From: Prorocentrum cordatum
Lineage: Eukaryota
DNA length: 64,000 nt
Direction: 5' to 3'
Assembly (NCBI GenBank): GCA_963575745.1
Contig: CAUYUJ010000018.1
Coordinates: forward strand, 1 to 64,000
Shown: piece by piece, positions 33,599-45,744 of the stretch
Position numbering within the stretch: the stretch's first letter is position 1
Layout: the number at the start of each line of letters is the position of its first letter
The notes under the pieces: model-generated
The model's input: only the letters and a program-made list of their open reading frames with translations
Database searches by the model: none
Told to the model about the DNA's origin: nothing
Program-made: the position numbers and the translations under genes

Positions 33599-34630
33599 GT
33601 TGTCGTCGTCCCACCCGCAACCCGCCCCGCGACCCACCCGCGACCCACCCCGCGACCCACCCACACCCGCGACCCACCCGCGACCCACCCGCGACCCACC
33701 GCGACCCACCCCGCGACCCACCCCGCGACCCACCCCGCGACCCACCCCGCGACCCACCCGCGACCCACCCGCGACCCACCCGCGACCCACCCGCGACCCA
33801 CCCGCGACCCACCCGCGACCCACCCGCGCCCACCCGCGACCCACCCGCGACCCAAACCACGTTCAAGGTACAAACCACAATTTTCGGCGCCTGCGGCTGT
33901 TTTTTTGGCATTCCTTCCAGCATTCCTTCCAGGTTGAGAGCCCGCGACCCACCCCGTGACCAACTCGCGACCAACCCGCGACCCAAACCACGTTCAGGGT
34001 ACAAACCACATTTTTCGGCGCCTGCGGCGGGCATTTTTTGCATTCGCTTCAGGTGGAGAGCCCGCGGCCCACCCGCGACCACGTTCAGGGTACAAACCAC
34101 ATTTTTCGGCGCCTGCGGCGGGCATTCTTTGCATTCGCTCCCGGCGGGGAACCCGCGGCCCACCTGCGACCCAAACCACGTTCAGTGTACAAACCATTTT
34201 TTGGGGCGCCTGCGGCGGGCTGCTCTTGCATTCCTTCCAGTTGGAGGTGGAGAGCCCGCGGCCCACCCGCGCGACCTAAACCACGTTCACTGAACAAACC
34301 AATGCCGCACAAGCGCGGCGGCGGATGTTTGCATGCCGCCTGAGCCCGCAAGGACCTCTTCAAGCCCCGCGCATCCACACCAGCCAGTCCAGCAACTCTG
34401 CCCTGGCAAGTTGCCTTAATCAAAGAAGGCGGGGAGCATAAAATGGAAAAAAAAGGATTGCACTGCAGTTACTTTGGGAAAGGAGGGGGAGGCAGGAGGA
34501 GTAAACAGGGGACGAGGAGAACGCGGAAAAAGAGAGGATGTAAGGATAATGCGGCGATATCAAAGGAGGAGGAGCAGGAGGACGAGGAGGGGGAGGAAGG
34601 GGAGGAGGAGGACGAGGAGGGGGAGGAGGG

Positions 34631-34686
<56 letters not shown>

Positions 34687-37100
34687 TTGATGATGGTGAT
34701 GATGGTGATGATGATGATGATGATGATGGACGGCAATGGGAGGACGATGATGGAGGCCGATGAGGGGGAGGACGACAATGGGAGGACGATAATGAAAGGA
34801 CGAGGGGGGGAGAGGGAGGACGAGGAAGAAGAGGAGGAGGAGGAGGACGAGGTGGAGGAGGAGGATGACGATGACGATGAGGCCGAAGAACGAGGAAGAG
34901 GAGGAGAAGGAGGAGGAGGAGGAGGAGGACAGCGCCATCGACAGGGAAGGTGGGGGCCACGAGGTCCGCCGGCTCGACGACGCCCGCGTCGCCCGCGCCC
35001 GCCCCCTCACTCTTATCCGCAAGTGCGGGGTGCTACGTAAACACCCCCTCCCCCAGGCGACTGGTAGCCAACCCAAAACCATGCGGCCCCCCCCCCCATC
35101 CCTTATAAAAAAACATGCAAAACACAATCTGCCTCCAAATTCGGAGCATGCGCGCCCAACCCGATGCGGCCTCCCCCCACCACCCCTGTCAAAAACAATA
35201 CAGAGTACACTTGGCGGTGGCGGCGGCGGCGGCTGCGGCGGCTGCGGCGGCGGCTGAGGCGGCTGCGGCGGCGGCGGCGGACGGCGGCGGCGTCTGCGGC
35301 GGCGACGGCGGACGGCGGCGGTGGCGGTGGTGGCGGTGGCGGCAGCGGTTGCGGCGCGGCGGCGGCGACGGCGGGGTGGCGTCGCGGGCGGCGGCGGCGG
35401 CGGCGGCGGGCGGCGTGCGGCGGGCGGCGGGCGGCGGCGGCGGCGGCGGAGGCGGCGCGGCGGCGGGAGGCGGCGGAGGCGGCGGATTGGCCCCCAGTAA
35501 TCTGTCCATGCCAAAGACGAAACTGTTGGAACTAGCACCCCGCAATTGCGGATAAGAGGGTGAGGGGCGGGCGCGGGCGACGCGGAGCGTCGTCCGGCCG
35601 GCGGACCCTCGTGGCCCCCACCTCCCATTGGGCCCCCCCGTGGGCGCTGTCCTCCTCCTCCCTCCTCCTCCTCCTTCTCCTCCTCTCTCCTTCCTCCTTT
35701 CTCGTCCTCGTTCCTCATCGTTATCGTCCTCCTCCTCTCCTCCTCCTCCTCGTTCTCAAACGCACTCACTCCCTCTTCTGCCTCGTCCTCCCTCTCTCCC
35801 CCCTCGTGCCTTCCATTATCGTCCTCCCATTGTCGTTCCCTCCCCCTCAATCGGCCTCCATCATCGTCCTCCCCTTTCGTCCCATCATCATCATCAATCA
35901 TCATCCATCATCATCATCAAACCATCAGCCATCATCATCATCATCATCCCAATCAATCATCAATCATCATCATCCATCATCATCATCAATCATCATCATC
36001 ATCATCTCATCAATCCCCCTTTTCCCCCTCCTCGTCCTCCTCCTCCCCGTCCCCCCCCCTCCTCGTCCTCCTGCTCCTCCTCCTTTTCTTTCTCCACGTT
36101 CTCCTTACATCCTTTCTTCTTCCGCGTTCTCCTCGTCCCCTGTTTACTCCTCCTGCCTCCCCCTCCTTTCCCAAGATAACTGCAACGCAATCCTTTTTTA
36201 AAAAGTTTATGCTCCCCGCCTTCTTTGATTAAGGCAACTCGCCAGGGCAGAGTTGCTGGACGGGCTGGTGTGGATGCGCGGGGCTTGAAGAGGTCCTTGC
36301 GGGCTCAGGCGGCGTGCAAAAATCCGCCGCCGCGCTTGTGCGGCATTGGCTTGTTCAGTGAACGTGGTTTAGGTCGCGGGTGGGCCGCGGGCTCTCCACC
36401 TCCAACTGGAAGGAATGCAAAAGCAGCCCGCCGCAGGCGCCAACAAACATTGGTTTGTACACTGAACGTGGTTTGGGTCGCGGGTGGGCCGCGGGTTCTC
36501 CACCGGGAACGAATGCAAAAGATGCCCGCCGCAGGCGCCGAAAAATGTGGTTTGTACCCTGAACATGGTCGCGGGTGGGCCGCGGGCTCTCCACCTGAAA
36601 CGAATTCAGAAGATGCCCGCCGCAGGCGCCGAAACATGTGGTTTGTACCCTGAACGTGGTTTGGGTCGCGGGTTGGTCGCGAGTTGGTCACGGGGTGGGT
36701 CGCGGGCTCTCAACCTGGAGGGGATGCAAAAAAAACCCGCCGCAAGAGCGAAAATGGTGGTTTGTACCTTGAACGTGGTTTAGGTCGCGGGTGGGTCGCG
36801 GGTGGGTCGCGGGGTGGGTCGCGAGGTGGGTCGCGGGTGGGTCGCGGGGTGGGTCGCGGGTGGGTCGCGGGTGGGTCGCGGGGTGGGCCGCGGGCGGGTC
36901 GCGGGGTGGGTCGCGGGGTGGGGGTCGCGGGGTGGGGTTCGCGAGGTGGTCGCGGGTGGGTCCGCGGGGTGGGTCGCGGGTGGTCGCGGGGGGTCGGCGG
37001 GTGGGTCGCGGGTGGGGTCCGGGGTTGGGTCGCGAAGTTGGTCACGGGTACGGGTTGCGGTGGGACTACGAACAACAAAAACACAACAAACAACAACAAC

Positions 37101-37130
<30 letters not shown>
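33539..37130. repeat. Foldback palindrome: arms of about 1.5 kb (33539-35035 and 35533-37130) around a (GGC)n-containing spacer of about 500 bp
   Basis: Mirror order of (GTT)n, CGCGACCCACC minisatellite, unique block, (GAT)n and GAG tracts; near-identical ORFs 34085..34423(-) and 36225..36653(+). Confidence 0.92.
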
Positions 37131-37131
<1 letters not shown>

Positions 37132-37526
37132 CATCTTAAGACTGTTCGCTCTTACTTGCCCGCGAGTCTTTCAAAACGTATACCCCACACCCTCGATGCC
37201 CGCCCTCTTTGTCTTCGAACACACCCCCTTTGGGGGGATTACTTATCTTTGCGGGGGCCGGCGGGCTTAGACGGGCGACACGCCGGATCCCTGACGCCCG
37301 CGGACTGCGCCGGGCCCCGGCGCGGAGGGCGGCGGGATGGAACGGCGGAGAGGAGGCGAGGCAAAAGAGGGGCGCGCGGTGAAGGGGGAGAGGACAAGGT
37401 GGACGGGGCGACCTTCATCGGCGAGCTCGCAATGGTGCACGCCCTAGTGCTTGCGCCAACGGGCGCCTTGAAAATCCCGAAACTCCGGGAGTCACAGCCT
37501 CGCGCCGATTCAGCGCGGCAGGCCCA

Positions 37527-38315
37527 TCACTGAAAGCCCGCCGCAACCGCCGTGCCCGGCTTGATCTTCTTGTGGGGGGGCTCCTCCTCGTCGACGGGTC
37601 CCTGGGCGTGGCGAGCCCGCACAGCCGCTTGGAACTGCTCGAGCGTCACGGCGTCCCCTGAGCGGTCGTTGTGGAGAGCATTACCGTGAAGCGCGAAGCC
37701 CAGCATGGCGCGGTGGTGCGACGACGCCACGTGGGAGCTCCCCCCTCCGCTGAAGAGAAACTGGGTAGCCCTGACAATGTTGACCTGGGCGGGGTTGATG
37801 TACTCCCAGACGATCTTCGCATTCGTGTTGAGGTCATCGACACCCACTGTCTCCGCGGCCGCCACCACGGCGCTCCGGAGCTGGTCGATCCCGTCTTTGC
37901 GGTGCTCCTTTTTCGGCGCCAGGATCTTCTTCATCGCCGAAAGGACCTTGTCGATCTCCTGGTACAGCAGGCGCACGATGTCTGGTTTCATGCACGCCTC
38001 CACCTGCACACGCTCGCCCTTGAGGTCCTCGAGGAACTGTACCTGGCTCTGCAGCCAGCGATTCACGCCGACCCCGCGCCTTTCATCATGCTCGCTGGCT
38101 AACTCTGTGGCGTAGACAGCACCCGTCTTTTGCTTCACGTTGCACAAACCCCAGAGTTCGTGGGTGGGCATCACGTCGAATTTCCCACGGCCGTATGCGT
38201 TCAGGAAAGACTTCGGGATCGTCTCCCAACTCTTCAGGTATGTGCGCGGCACAGGGGGCTTCTTCCCGTCGTCCCCAGAATTCGCCTTGCGGGCAAACAA
38301 ATGTTGACACGGCAT
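37527..38315 (-). CDS. Hypothetical protein (262 aa from the ATG at 38315), possible Helitron accessory or passenger gene
   Basis: Non-repetitive ORF with protein-like composition and GC-rich third positions; co-oriented with RepHel; C-terminal basic PPHKKIKP (NLS-like). Confidence 0.6.
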   Translation of the reverse strand: MPCQHLFARKANSGDDGKKPPVPRTYLKSWETIPKSFLNAYGRGKFDVMPTHELWGLCNVKQKTGAVYATELASEHDERRGVGVNRWLQSQVQFLEDLKGERVQVEACMKPDIVRLLYQEIDKVLSAMKKILAPKKEHRKDGIDQLRSAVVAAAETVGVDDLNTNAKIVWEYINPAQVNIVRATQFLFSGGGSSHVASSHHRAMLGFALHGNALHNDRSGDAVTLEQFQAAVRARHAQGPVDEEEPPHKKIKPGTAVAAGFQ

Positions 38316-38949
38316 GTTGCTGCGCCAAGGCACAGCATAGCGAGAGAGGACACAAGACAGAGAAGGATACACGGACACAAGAACGCACGCAGGCCACGCT
38401 TGCCAGCAAATCGCAGGACAGGAAAACGCATGGGGGCCAGCCTCGAATGAATCTGGTGCGCGCACTGGGCAGCAGCAGCGGCATGATCACATAGAGACGC
38501 AAGCATCAATTAGCAGGCCGCGCCTGCCGCTCGAGGTTGGCGAAGGCTGCCATGCCCGAGGAGTCCGCCATGGCAAAAGCTGGCGCGTGCTCTCGGAGAC
38601 AACAAGCAGGAAGCCACAAAGGAGCCGCGTACCTGAAACGGCTATCGAACGATTGAAAAACGATAAAAGTGCACGGGCGCGCCAGCCGGGACAATCTGTC
38701 ATAGCAGGATGCAACGGACAGCCCCGAAATGGATATCCCGTGCGAGTCTCTTCCGCCCAATGCTGCTCTATGCCGCAATCCAGAGACGGCATGCTATTTC
38801 TGGTATGATGTTTTTGCATCCACGACGCCACCACGCGTGCGATGTGAATGGCCTGCGAGCACTCGGGCGCGCAAAGTCCATGGTAGGACCCCCCCACCCC
38901 TGCGGTTGCGTCGTCGGCCGCCTGCCCATCAGCTCCACAGCCTTCCCGA

Positions 38950-39210
38950 TTGGATGCCTGGTTGGCTGCATCGTTTGCTGCCTGGTCAAGTGCCTCGTTG
39001 GCTGCCTTGTTGGCTGCGCTGTCGGGAGACTCGTCCGCTGCCTGCTCGGCTGCCTTGTTGGCCAACTCGTCAGTTGCCTGGTTGGCCGCCTTGTGAGCTG
39101 CCTCATTGGGTCCCTGGTTGCCTGCCTCGCTGGCTGCCTGGTCGGCTACCGTGGTGGCTACATCGTCTGCTGCCTCGTTAGCTGCCTTGTGAGATTCCTC
39201 GTTGGCTGAA
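38950..39210. repeat. 12-bp minisatellite (gctgcct(c/g)gttg-like)
   Basis: Periodic units reading AANQ/AANE/AADD on the minus strand. Confidence 0.8.
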
Positions 39211-40005
39211 ATCGCGGCCTGGGGGGTGAGTTGCGAGGCCTCTGTGGAATTGGCGCGGTAAGGTCCACTCCGAGCATGCCCGGATGTAGAGGACGGGAAT
39301 TGAAAGCGTGAGCGCCATTGTCGCCCACCTCTTCAATATTGAAACGGCCAGTGGGCAGTGTAATGGTGTCTGCCAGAATGAGCATTGCAGGGGTCAGCAG
39401 CCGGGAGGCCCGCTACAGATCGACCCGGAGCTAAGAGGCCGCCCCCGAAGTGGAACTCCAAAGTTGACACGTAGACCCCTTTCACCCCCCCCCCTCTTCA
39501 ATCCTGCTGCGCTGCGCTGTCCTCTGCGGGGCCGCGCAACGCCAATCTTGCGAAGGGGGTTTGGGCAGGGCCCTCAGGGAAGCTCGCCAGGGGGTCCCCC
39601 CTGAAAGCTCAAGAGATGTGCTGTGGCGGCCAATGTTCAGAGGGGGGCACCGGGGGGGCCGGGGGGCCTCGGCGAATAACAATACGCTTGTCTGCTGGGC
39701 ACTCGCATAAAGTACTCTTCCCAAGGGAGGTGGAGGGGAGGGGTGAGGGTGAGGGTGAGGGAGGTATATGGGAAGTGGGAAGGAGAGGGGTGGAATGCCA
39801 GGGGGCGGCAAGGAGAGGAGACAAGTGGATGGAGGAGGAGCGGGGCAGATTTTTTTCCATGCGCTGTGTGTGCTGATAAAAAGCGCAGTGCTTGGCAGCG
39901 GAAGATGACGGTGCCACGGCCGCCGGCGGCAACGGCCACGGAGACGACGGCGACAAGGAGACCGCGCTGCATCGATGAGTACGCGACGAGCGCGTCCACA
40001 GAAAA

Positions 40006-42325
40006 CTAAGGAACGTCGTCAGAAGGATGCTCTTCTGGAAGTAAGTCGCCAAGAAGCTGGCCGCCAGGCAGTGCGTCTGGATGCAGATCGTGTTTCAACT
40101 GCTGGTCAACCTCCGACTCGCCAGGCGAACTGTCTGAACAACCGAGCAAATATGCCACTTCACTGACGCATTGCTCAGAGCACTCAGAGCCGTCGCAGGA
40201 GCTGGCAGAACATCCCAACAAGTGCTCTATTTCACTGCCATGCTGGTCAGAGCTCGCCGCAGAGCGGTCCGAAGAAGGAGCGGCCATGGGCGTGTCCGAC
40301 CAGTCTTCGTGGACCTCGCCAGCAGAAGGTAGACTGGCATCGTCGGAACCACACGGAGGGTCTGAGTCGGAGTCTGGGTAGCCCCCATGCGCCACATGTC
40401 CGGGTTCGTCATTGGAGTCGTCAGAGTCCGTATCCTGGGAAGCAACGCCGCGCGCCACCTGCTCCTGCCTGCCCTGGCCCCCGACAGGCAGGAAGTCAGA
40501 TCTCCGGAGCTTACCAAACAAGAATAAGCCGGCCTTGTGGCGGAAGCGGGAGACCCCGACGTATGCGTACCCGCGCACAGCTGCGAACCGTTTCTGGTCA
40601 AACCAAATGACCCCGGAGTCGATGCTAGCGCCCTGCGCTTTGCGGATCGTGGTGGCATAACCGTAACAACACGGCAAGAACCACTGCTTATTCTCGTACA
40701 ATGGGTGCACGAGAAGCATGTTGCCAGTTCCGCGTAAGCGAGCAACAAATACAGCATTGCCATCCAAACTTTCCACCACCTCTGCGATCGCCCCGTTGAC
40801 AAAGCCGCGGGTTTTATCGAGATTACGCGTGAGACGAATGACGAGACCTCTTTTGGCGAGGATGGGAACGGAGCACTTGCTTGCTGGATCCGCCCGGAAG
40901 CCTGTTCGCAAATCATCGTCTGTGACACCTTTGTGCCGCAAGGCCGCTTGCGCAACTGCCTGGGCGCCAGCATTGGTACATGTAAGCCAAGTCATCGGGG
41001 GGCCACCTTGTTTCTCGAACTCCAGAGTGTACCCGACGGTCTGCTCCAGCGTGCCCCGGAACTGCCTGCGATGGAAATAATCCTGAAGCGTGTCCATTGT
41101 CGGCTGAGTCTCTCTGATGTGGTTCAAGAAAAGCAAATGCTCGGGGTCCTGCGACCTGTACACCGTGTCTAAGGTCACCGTGGGGCAGCAGCGGCACAAT
41201 CGCTGGCAAAAGCTTGGCTCGTGGGCATCCGTGACCCTCTCCCCCATGCGGACTGGCGTGAGCTGCTGGAAATCCGCCACGATGACGCAGAAAGGCGAGT
41301 GCGGCTGCTCGCACAGGGTCTTGAAGAAGCGCTCGAACTCCGTGTCCGTATACTGGCTTCCTTCGTCCACGAGTATGAGGTCGATTTTCCGCAACGCAGA
41401 AGGCGGCGACCACCGAACTTTGCCATCCTTGTCCGGCCGTTTGTAATTAAGAACGCCGTGGATAGTGTCCACGCGAATGTTTTCGACGTGGTCCGCCTCC
41501 GGCAGCTGGGATTTGAAGCTGTGCACGAGCTGCCCAGTCGGACACACAATCACCACGCCCAGACCGCGGCCAGCGGCTGCCAAGGCCGATTCCAGGAGGA
41601 CTGCTGACTTACCGCTACCAGGGGCCCCTGCGACATACAGGAATCTCCCAGGACGGCCTTCCTTCTCCTTCTCCATCTGGTCCTCGATGCTCGTTTTCTG
41701 CTCTACGATCTCGAGGACGTCCGCCTGCTGCTTGGACCAGTGGCAGACCTTGCGCGGCGGGCGACGGACCCTCTCCCACTCATCTTTGAGCTTCGTGACC
41801 TCGGCGTGGTCGCCGGCGCACTGGAGGACGCGGCGATGCAGCAAGAACTCTGCCTGCGCGTACATAACGAACGTCTTTACACGATCTTCACGGAACCCAC
41901 GGTAAGAGAGATCCCGACTGCATATGTCCGCCATCCATTGGAAGGCGTGCTTGTCCGTAGGGAAAACATACGGCGCCGAGCTCAAGTCTGCATCGGGCGC
42001 AGGCCGAGTACCAATGGATTCACCGATCAGTACAAGAGCACCGCTGTCCTGAACATCCAATGGCAGCGCGGACTCTCGGAACTCGAACTCGCCTGAACGA
42101 ATGACGAAACCAGGGTGGTCGTCGCGATCGTACCTGCAAAACCGCCAGGTCCGGAGGTACGCCAGGAAGCCGAAGAAATTCTTCATGTTCTCTAGGTGCG
42201 GCTGGTCTGGGAGTGGCAAAAGGTCGCGCGGCGATCTGTGAGGGATCTGCGTGAGAGACATCTGCCCCCAATACCCATCTGTGAGTTCGTACCAATACCG
42301 GCACGCGCAGACCATGGTGGGGGAC
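40006..42325 (-). CDS. RepHel predicted exon 3: Pif1-family SF1B helicase with acidic/Ser tail
   Basis: GAPGSGKS, CPTG, DTIHG, LVDEGSQ, ADFQQLTPV, YRSQD, RNLDKTRGFVNG, YATTIRKAQGASID, AYVGVSR. Confidence 0.93.
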
Positions 42326-42393
42326 CTGCCTGCCCCCAATACCCATCTGTGAGTTCGTACCAATACCGGCACGCGCAGACCATGGTGGGGGAC

Positions 42394-45300
42394 CTGCCGT
42401 ATGAGATGTTCTTGCCTTTGCGGCCTTCTGCCCTGTTGCCATTCCGATCCCACTTGTAGTGGCGATGCCACTGCAAGAAGGACTGGTTGACTGGTGCGTT
42501 TGAGTTGACATGTTCCCGCACTTCATTGTGGTAGGACTTGTACATGCTCCAGCTAAAATTGCCACCATGGTCGCCGAGGCATGCGTCTCCCTGCGCGTCG
42601 AACACCGCGGCGATGGCGTCGGGCTGCGGCGGAAATAGCAACTCGTGCGAATAAGACCGGTCGAACTCGGGGTACTGGGCAAGACGAATGGCGCACTCTG
42701 GTATGGACGGCGTCATCTTGCTGAGAAGACCAAAAGTCGCCAGCCAAGGCGCTGTGTTTTTGGTTTGCACGTACTCGCCCAAACCCACGTCGACGGCGTC
42801 GTGTCCCTTCGTGCAGTAGCCGTTGATGTAGTTGAGCCGGCCGTTGCCCACCTGCACGTCGATCTCGCACATGAAAAGAACGCCCAGAAACTTGACGAAG
42901 CCCACGGCGGCAGCCAAAGCTTGACCGCTCACGCCTACTCGCCCCGCGAGCGAAGCAAGGGACACGCCTGCGGCAGTCAACACCCACGCGCAAATGTGCC
43001 AATGCGGCGTGCCTCTACCCTGGTATTCCGTTCGGACTGCGTACTCCATGACCCGGAACCAGCGATGGCCGAGGTGGTTGCACAGGAAAGCCCAGATAGA
43101 CAGCACCAGCAAGTACATGTGAATGCCGATGCAGTAGGCGCCGCTGACCAAGTGCTCTCGATACGGCCGCAACCAATACGGCACTGGGAACTTCCATTCG
43201 GCCGGGGCGATCGTAATGAACAGATTTGGGAAAGCCGCCATCCATTTCTCGTCCCCGGCAGCGTCCCTGCAGTGATCGTAGAGTTCCTTGTGGCCTTGCT
43301 GGTCGTGGCACTTCCACATCTGAACGCGCACGAGATCAGAGAGCGAGTCGCGGACAATATCCCAATAGCCAGTGCTCGTCTGAGAAGTCCGCATCATAAC
43401 GTCGGCGGTGACGTTCCTCTGCTGCGCAAGGGAGTGCGCTGCGAAGAACTTGCTGGCCATTTGCACCTCGAACATGAAAAAGACGAGATCTGGATCCTCG
43501 GCGTATGCGCGAACCTCGCTCAAAGCCTTGCGGTTGAACGAATACCCGCTGGAAATTGTGCGATTCTGCTTATCATCGTGGAACTCAGCGAGAAGCCGGG
43601 GAATGCCGGTGTCCGTGAAGTCCGCGGTGGGGTAGAGCCAGGGCCAAGCCGCGCACTCGACGCCCTTGAATGTCACGAGGAGGTCAAATGTGCGGATGTG
43701 CTGGCCGTGCTGATCCGGATTCGTGTGCGTGCGGTTGGACGCGTTCAAGAAGGCCTCGTAAAAGCCATTGTTTTTGACCAACCAGCGAAAAGCCGCCTTG
43801 CAACGAGCTGTGGGAAGGCTGCGCTCGTCAACGATGTGAGGTGCGTAGAAGCCTTTGCTGACGCCGGTCTTCTTCCAGTTCTTGTAATGGCTCGGAATGT
43901 TAGGGTTGGCGCTGAACATCTCTTGTTTCTTCTGCACGCGGATGACGATGACACGTAAAGCCTTTTTCTCGTCATGTGAAAAGTCCAGGAACGTGCATCC
44001 CTCTGCGGCCGACATGGAGAACTCGCTCGCTCCGGGCGCGAGCCGAGGCCACGATGCCACTTCGCCGGCCCAGGTCGACGGTATGTTTTGGCCCACTGGC
44101 GGTAGACGAGGAACTCGATACAACTGCTGCGTGCGCAAGACTGGTTCCATTTTATCGGCCCCGATGGCAGCGGCAGCCGCCGCCGCCTTGGCCTTGGCTG
44201 CAGGCCTGGCCCTGGCGGCGGCCTTGGCTCGAGCCTTGGCTCGGAGGATGCGAGCGGCCATCTCTCCCGGATGAGCGATGGGCCGAGGGTGCTCTGCCGC
44301 TGGCGTGCACTTGCCACACGCGTGCTCCACGGAGGCCGAGGGCTTGTACATGGTTGGGCTCACCCACCAGTACGACGTCGGTCCGAGCTCTGCGTGGCCA
44401 GAGTGCTTGACTGGATCGGACGGGATCTCCCGACGGGAATGCAGCACTTCTGACGCCGGGACCTGAGCAGATGTGCCGTTGTACAGACTCTTGAACCCTT
44501 CATCGTTGAAAGAGAAGCACCCGCAGCAAGGGCAGTGCTGCCAACTGCCGTAGCATGCCCATATGGCAAAATCCGTGTCTGGCAGTCGCCGGCAAAATCC
44601 ACGATGTTGCGTGCCAACGCTGGAACCGGCCCACGTCTGGCACGCATGCAAGTCCTCGCAGATACTCGCGGCGTAAGCCACGGTCGTATTCCCAACCGCG
44701 CTGTTCACAGGGAAACAAAGCATCTTGTCGGCGGCGGCAACCTCCGCGCAACACTGCAAAACCTTCTCGTGCACCCCGTCTGCCTTGGTGTCTCTGAGGA
44801 GTCTGCCAGCGGACTCGGGGAGCGGCTCGCCGTGCTGCACGCGGCGAATGGCCCTGCGGAAGGCGTCAACCGAGTTGATCTGCAAATACTCTTTATATAT
44901 GATGGCGTCCGGGTACTTGAACCGCAACTGCGCGAGCTGCTCGTGCTTGTTGAAAAACTTGCGGAATTCCGGCATTGGTACCATGCCGATCGAAAGCTCG
45001 GCGCGGTCGCAGAACCGCTGGTGCAGAAGAGACAGTTCTGGCCCGGGGCCCACCTCCACGCGCAGGCCGCCAACGCCGCCCCTATTGGGGCGCCCGAAAG
45101 AGGAACCCTCAGTAATCTGCTCATAGAGCCAGCGCCACCACCGCTGCTCGATCCACGGCGCGGTGCGGGGGTTGCCGGCCTGCTCCTTGTACCTGCGGTA
45201 GGCCCGGAGCGTCTGGGCGCTCGCGATGACGAGGTACTCCCGGCGAACACTGTGAGCAACGCGCTCAACGGGCACTCCTGTCTGCATCTGGTCCAAAACG

Positions 45301-45554
45301 AAATTCGCGCACCCGTGACTCTCGATATCCTGGACGCTCTGCAGGGACGTCAACCTCTGCGCGGGGTGGCGCAGCCACTGCTGCAAATTGTAAGGCCGCA
45401 TGGCGACGTGGAACTCCCTCTTGAGGTCTTTGCTGATGTCGTAAGCCGACATGTTGTCGCACGTGTACTTGCGCACGATCAGCTCGCGGTGGGCATTCCA
45501 GAAAGCCGCCCCGACGTGAACGACATGCGCCGTACCGTGATGATCATACCAAGT
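42394..45554 (-). CDS. RepHel predicted exon 2: Helitron Rep (HUH endonuclease) domain
   Basis: AFRWLVKNNGFY and ECAAWPWLYP (typical pre-Rep blocks); motif 1 PNLFITIAP; motif 2 EYQGRGTPHWHI; motif 3 YINGYCTK; CPCC/CGKC cysteine pairs. Confidence 0.92.
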
Positions 45555-45744
45555 CTGACGGATAACGACGCCAAGCGGTCAAATTTCATGCATTCTCGAA
45601 ACAACCCGGGCCCCAGGGACGCCGAAGGGGCCACGCAGCTTTGAACGCGGGGCCCCATCGGGGTGGTAAGACTGGCAACGGGCATCGAAAAAATGTAATA
45701 GACTTTCAAGATGGGGCAGAACGCTCGGCGTCGGTATCCGGTGC

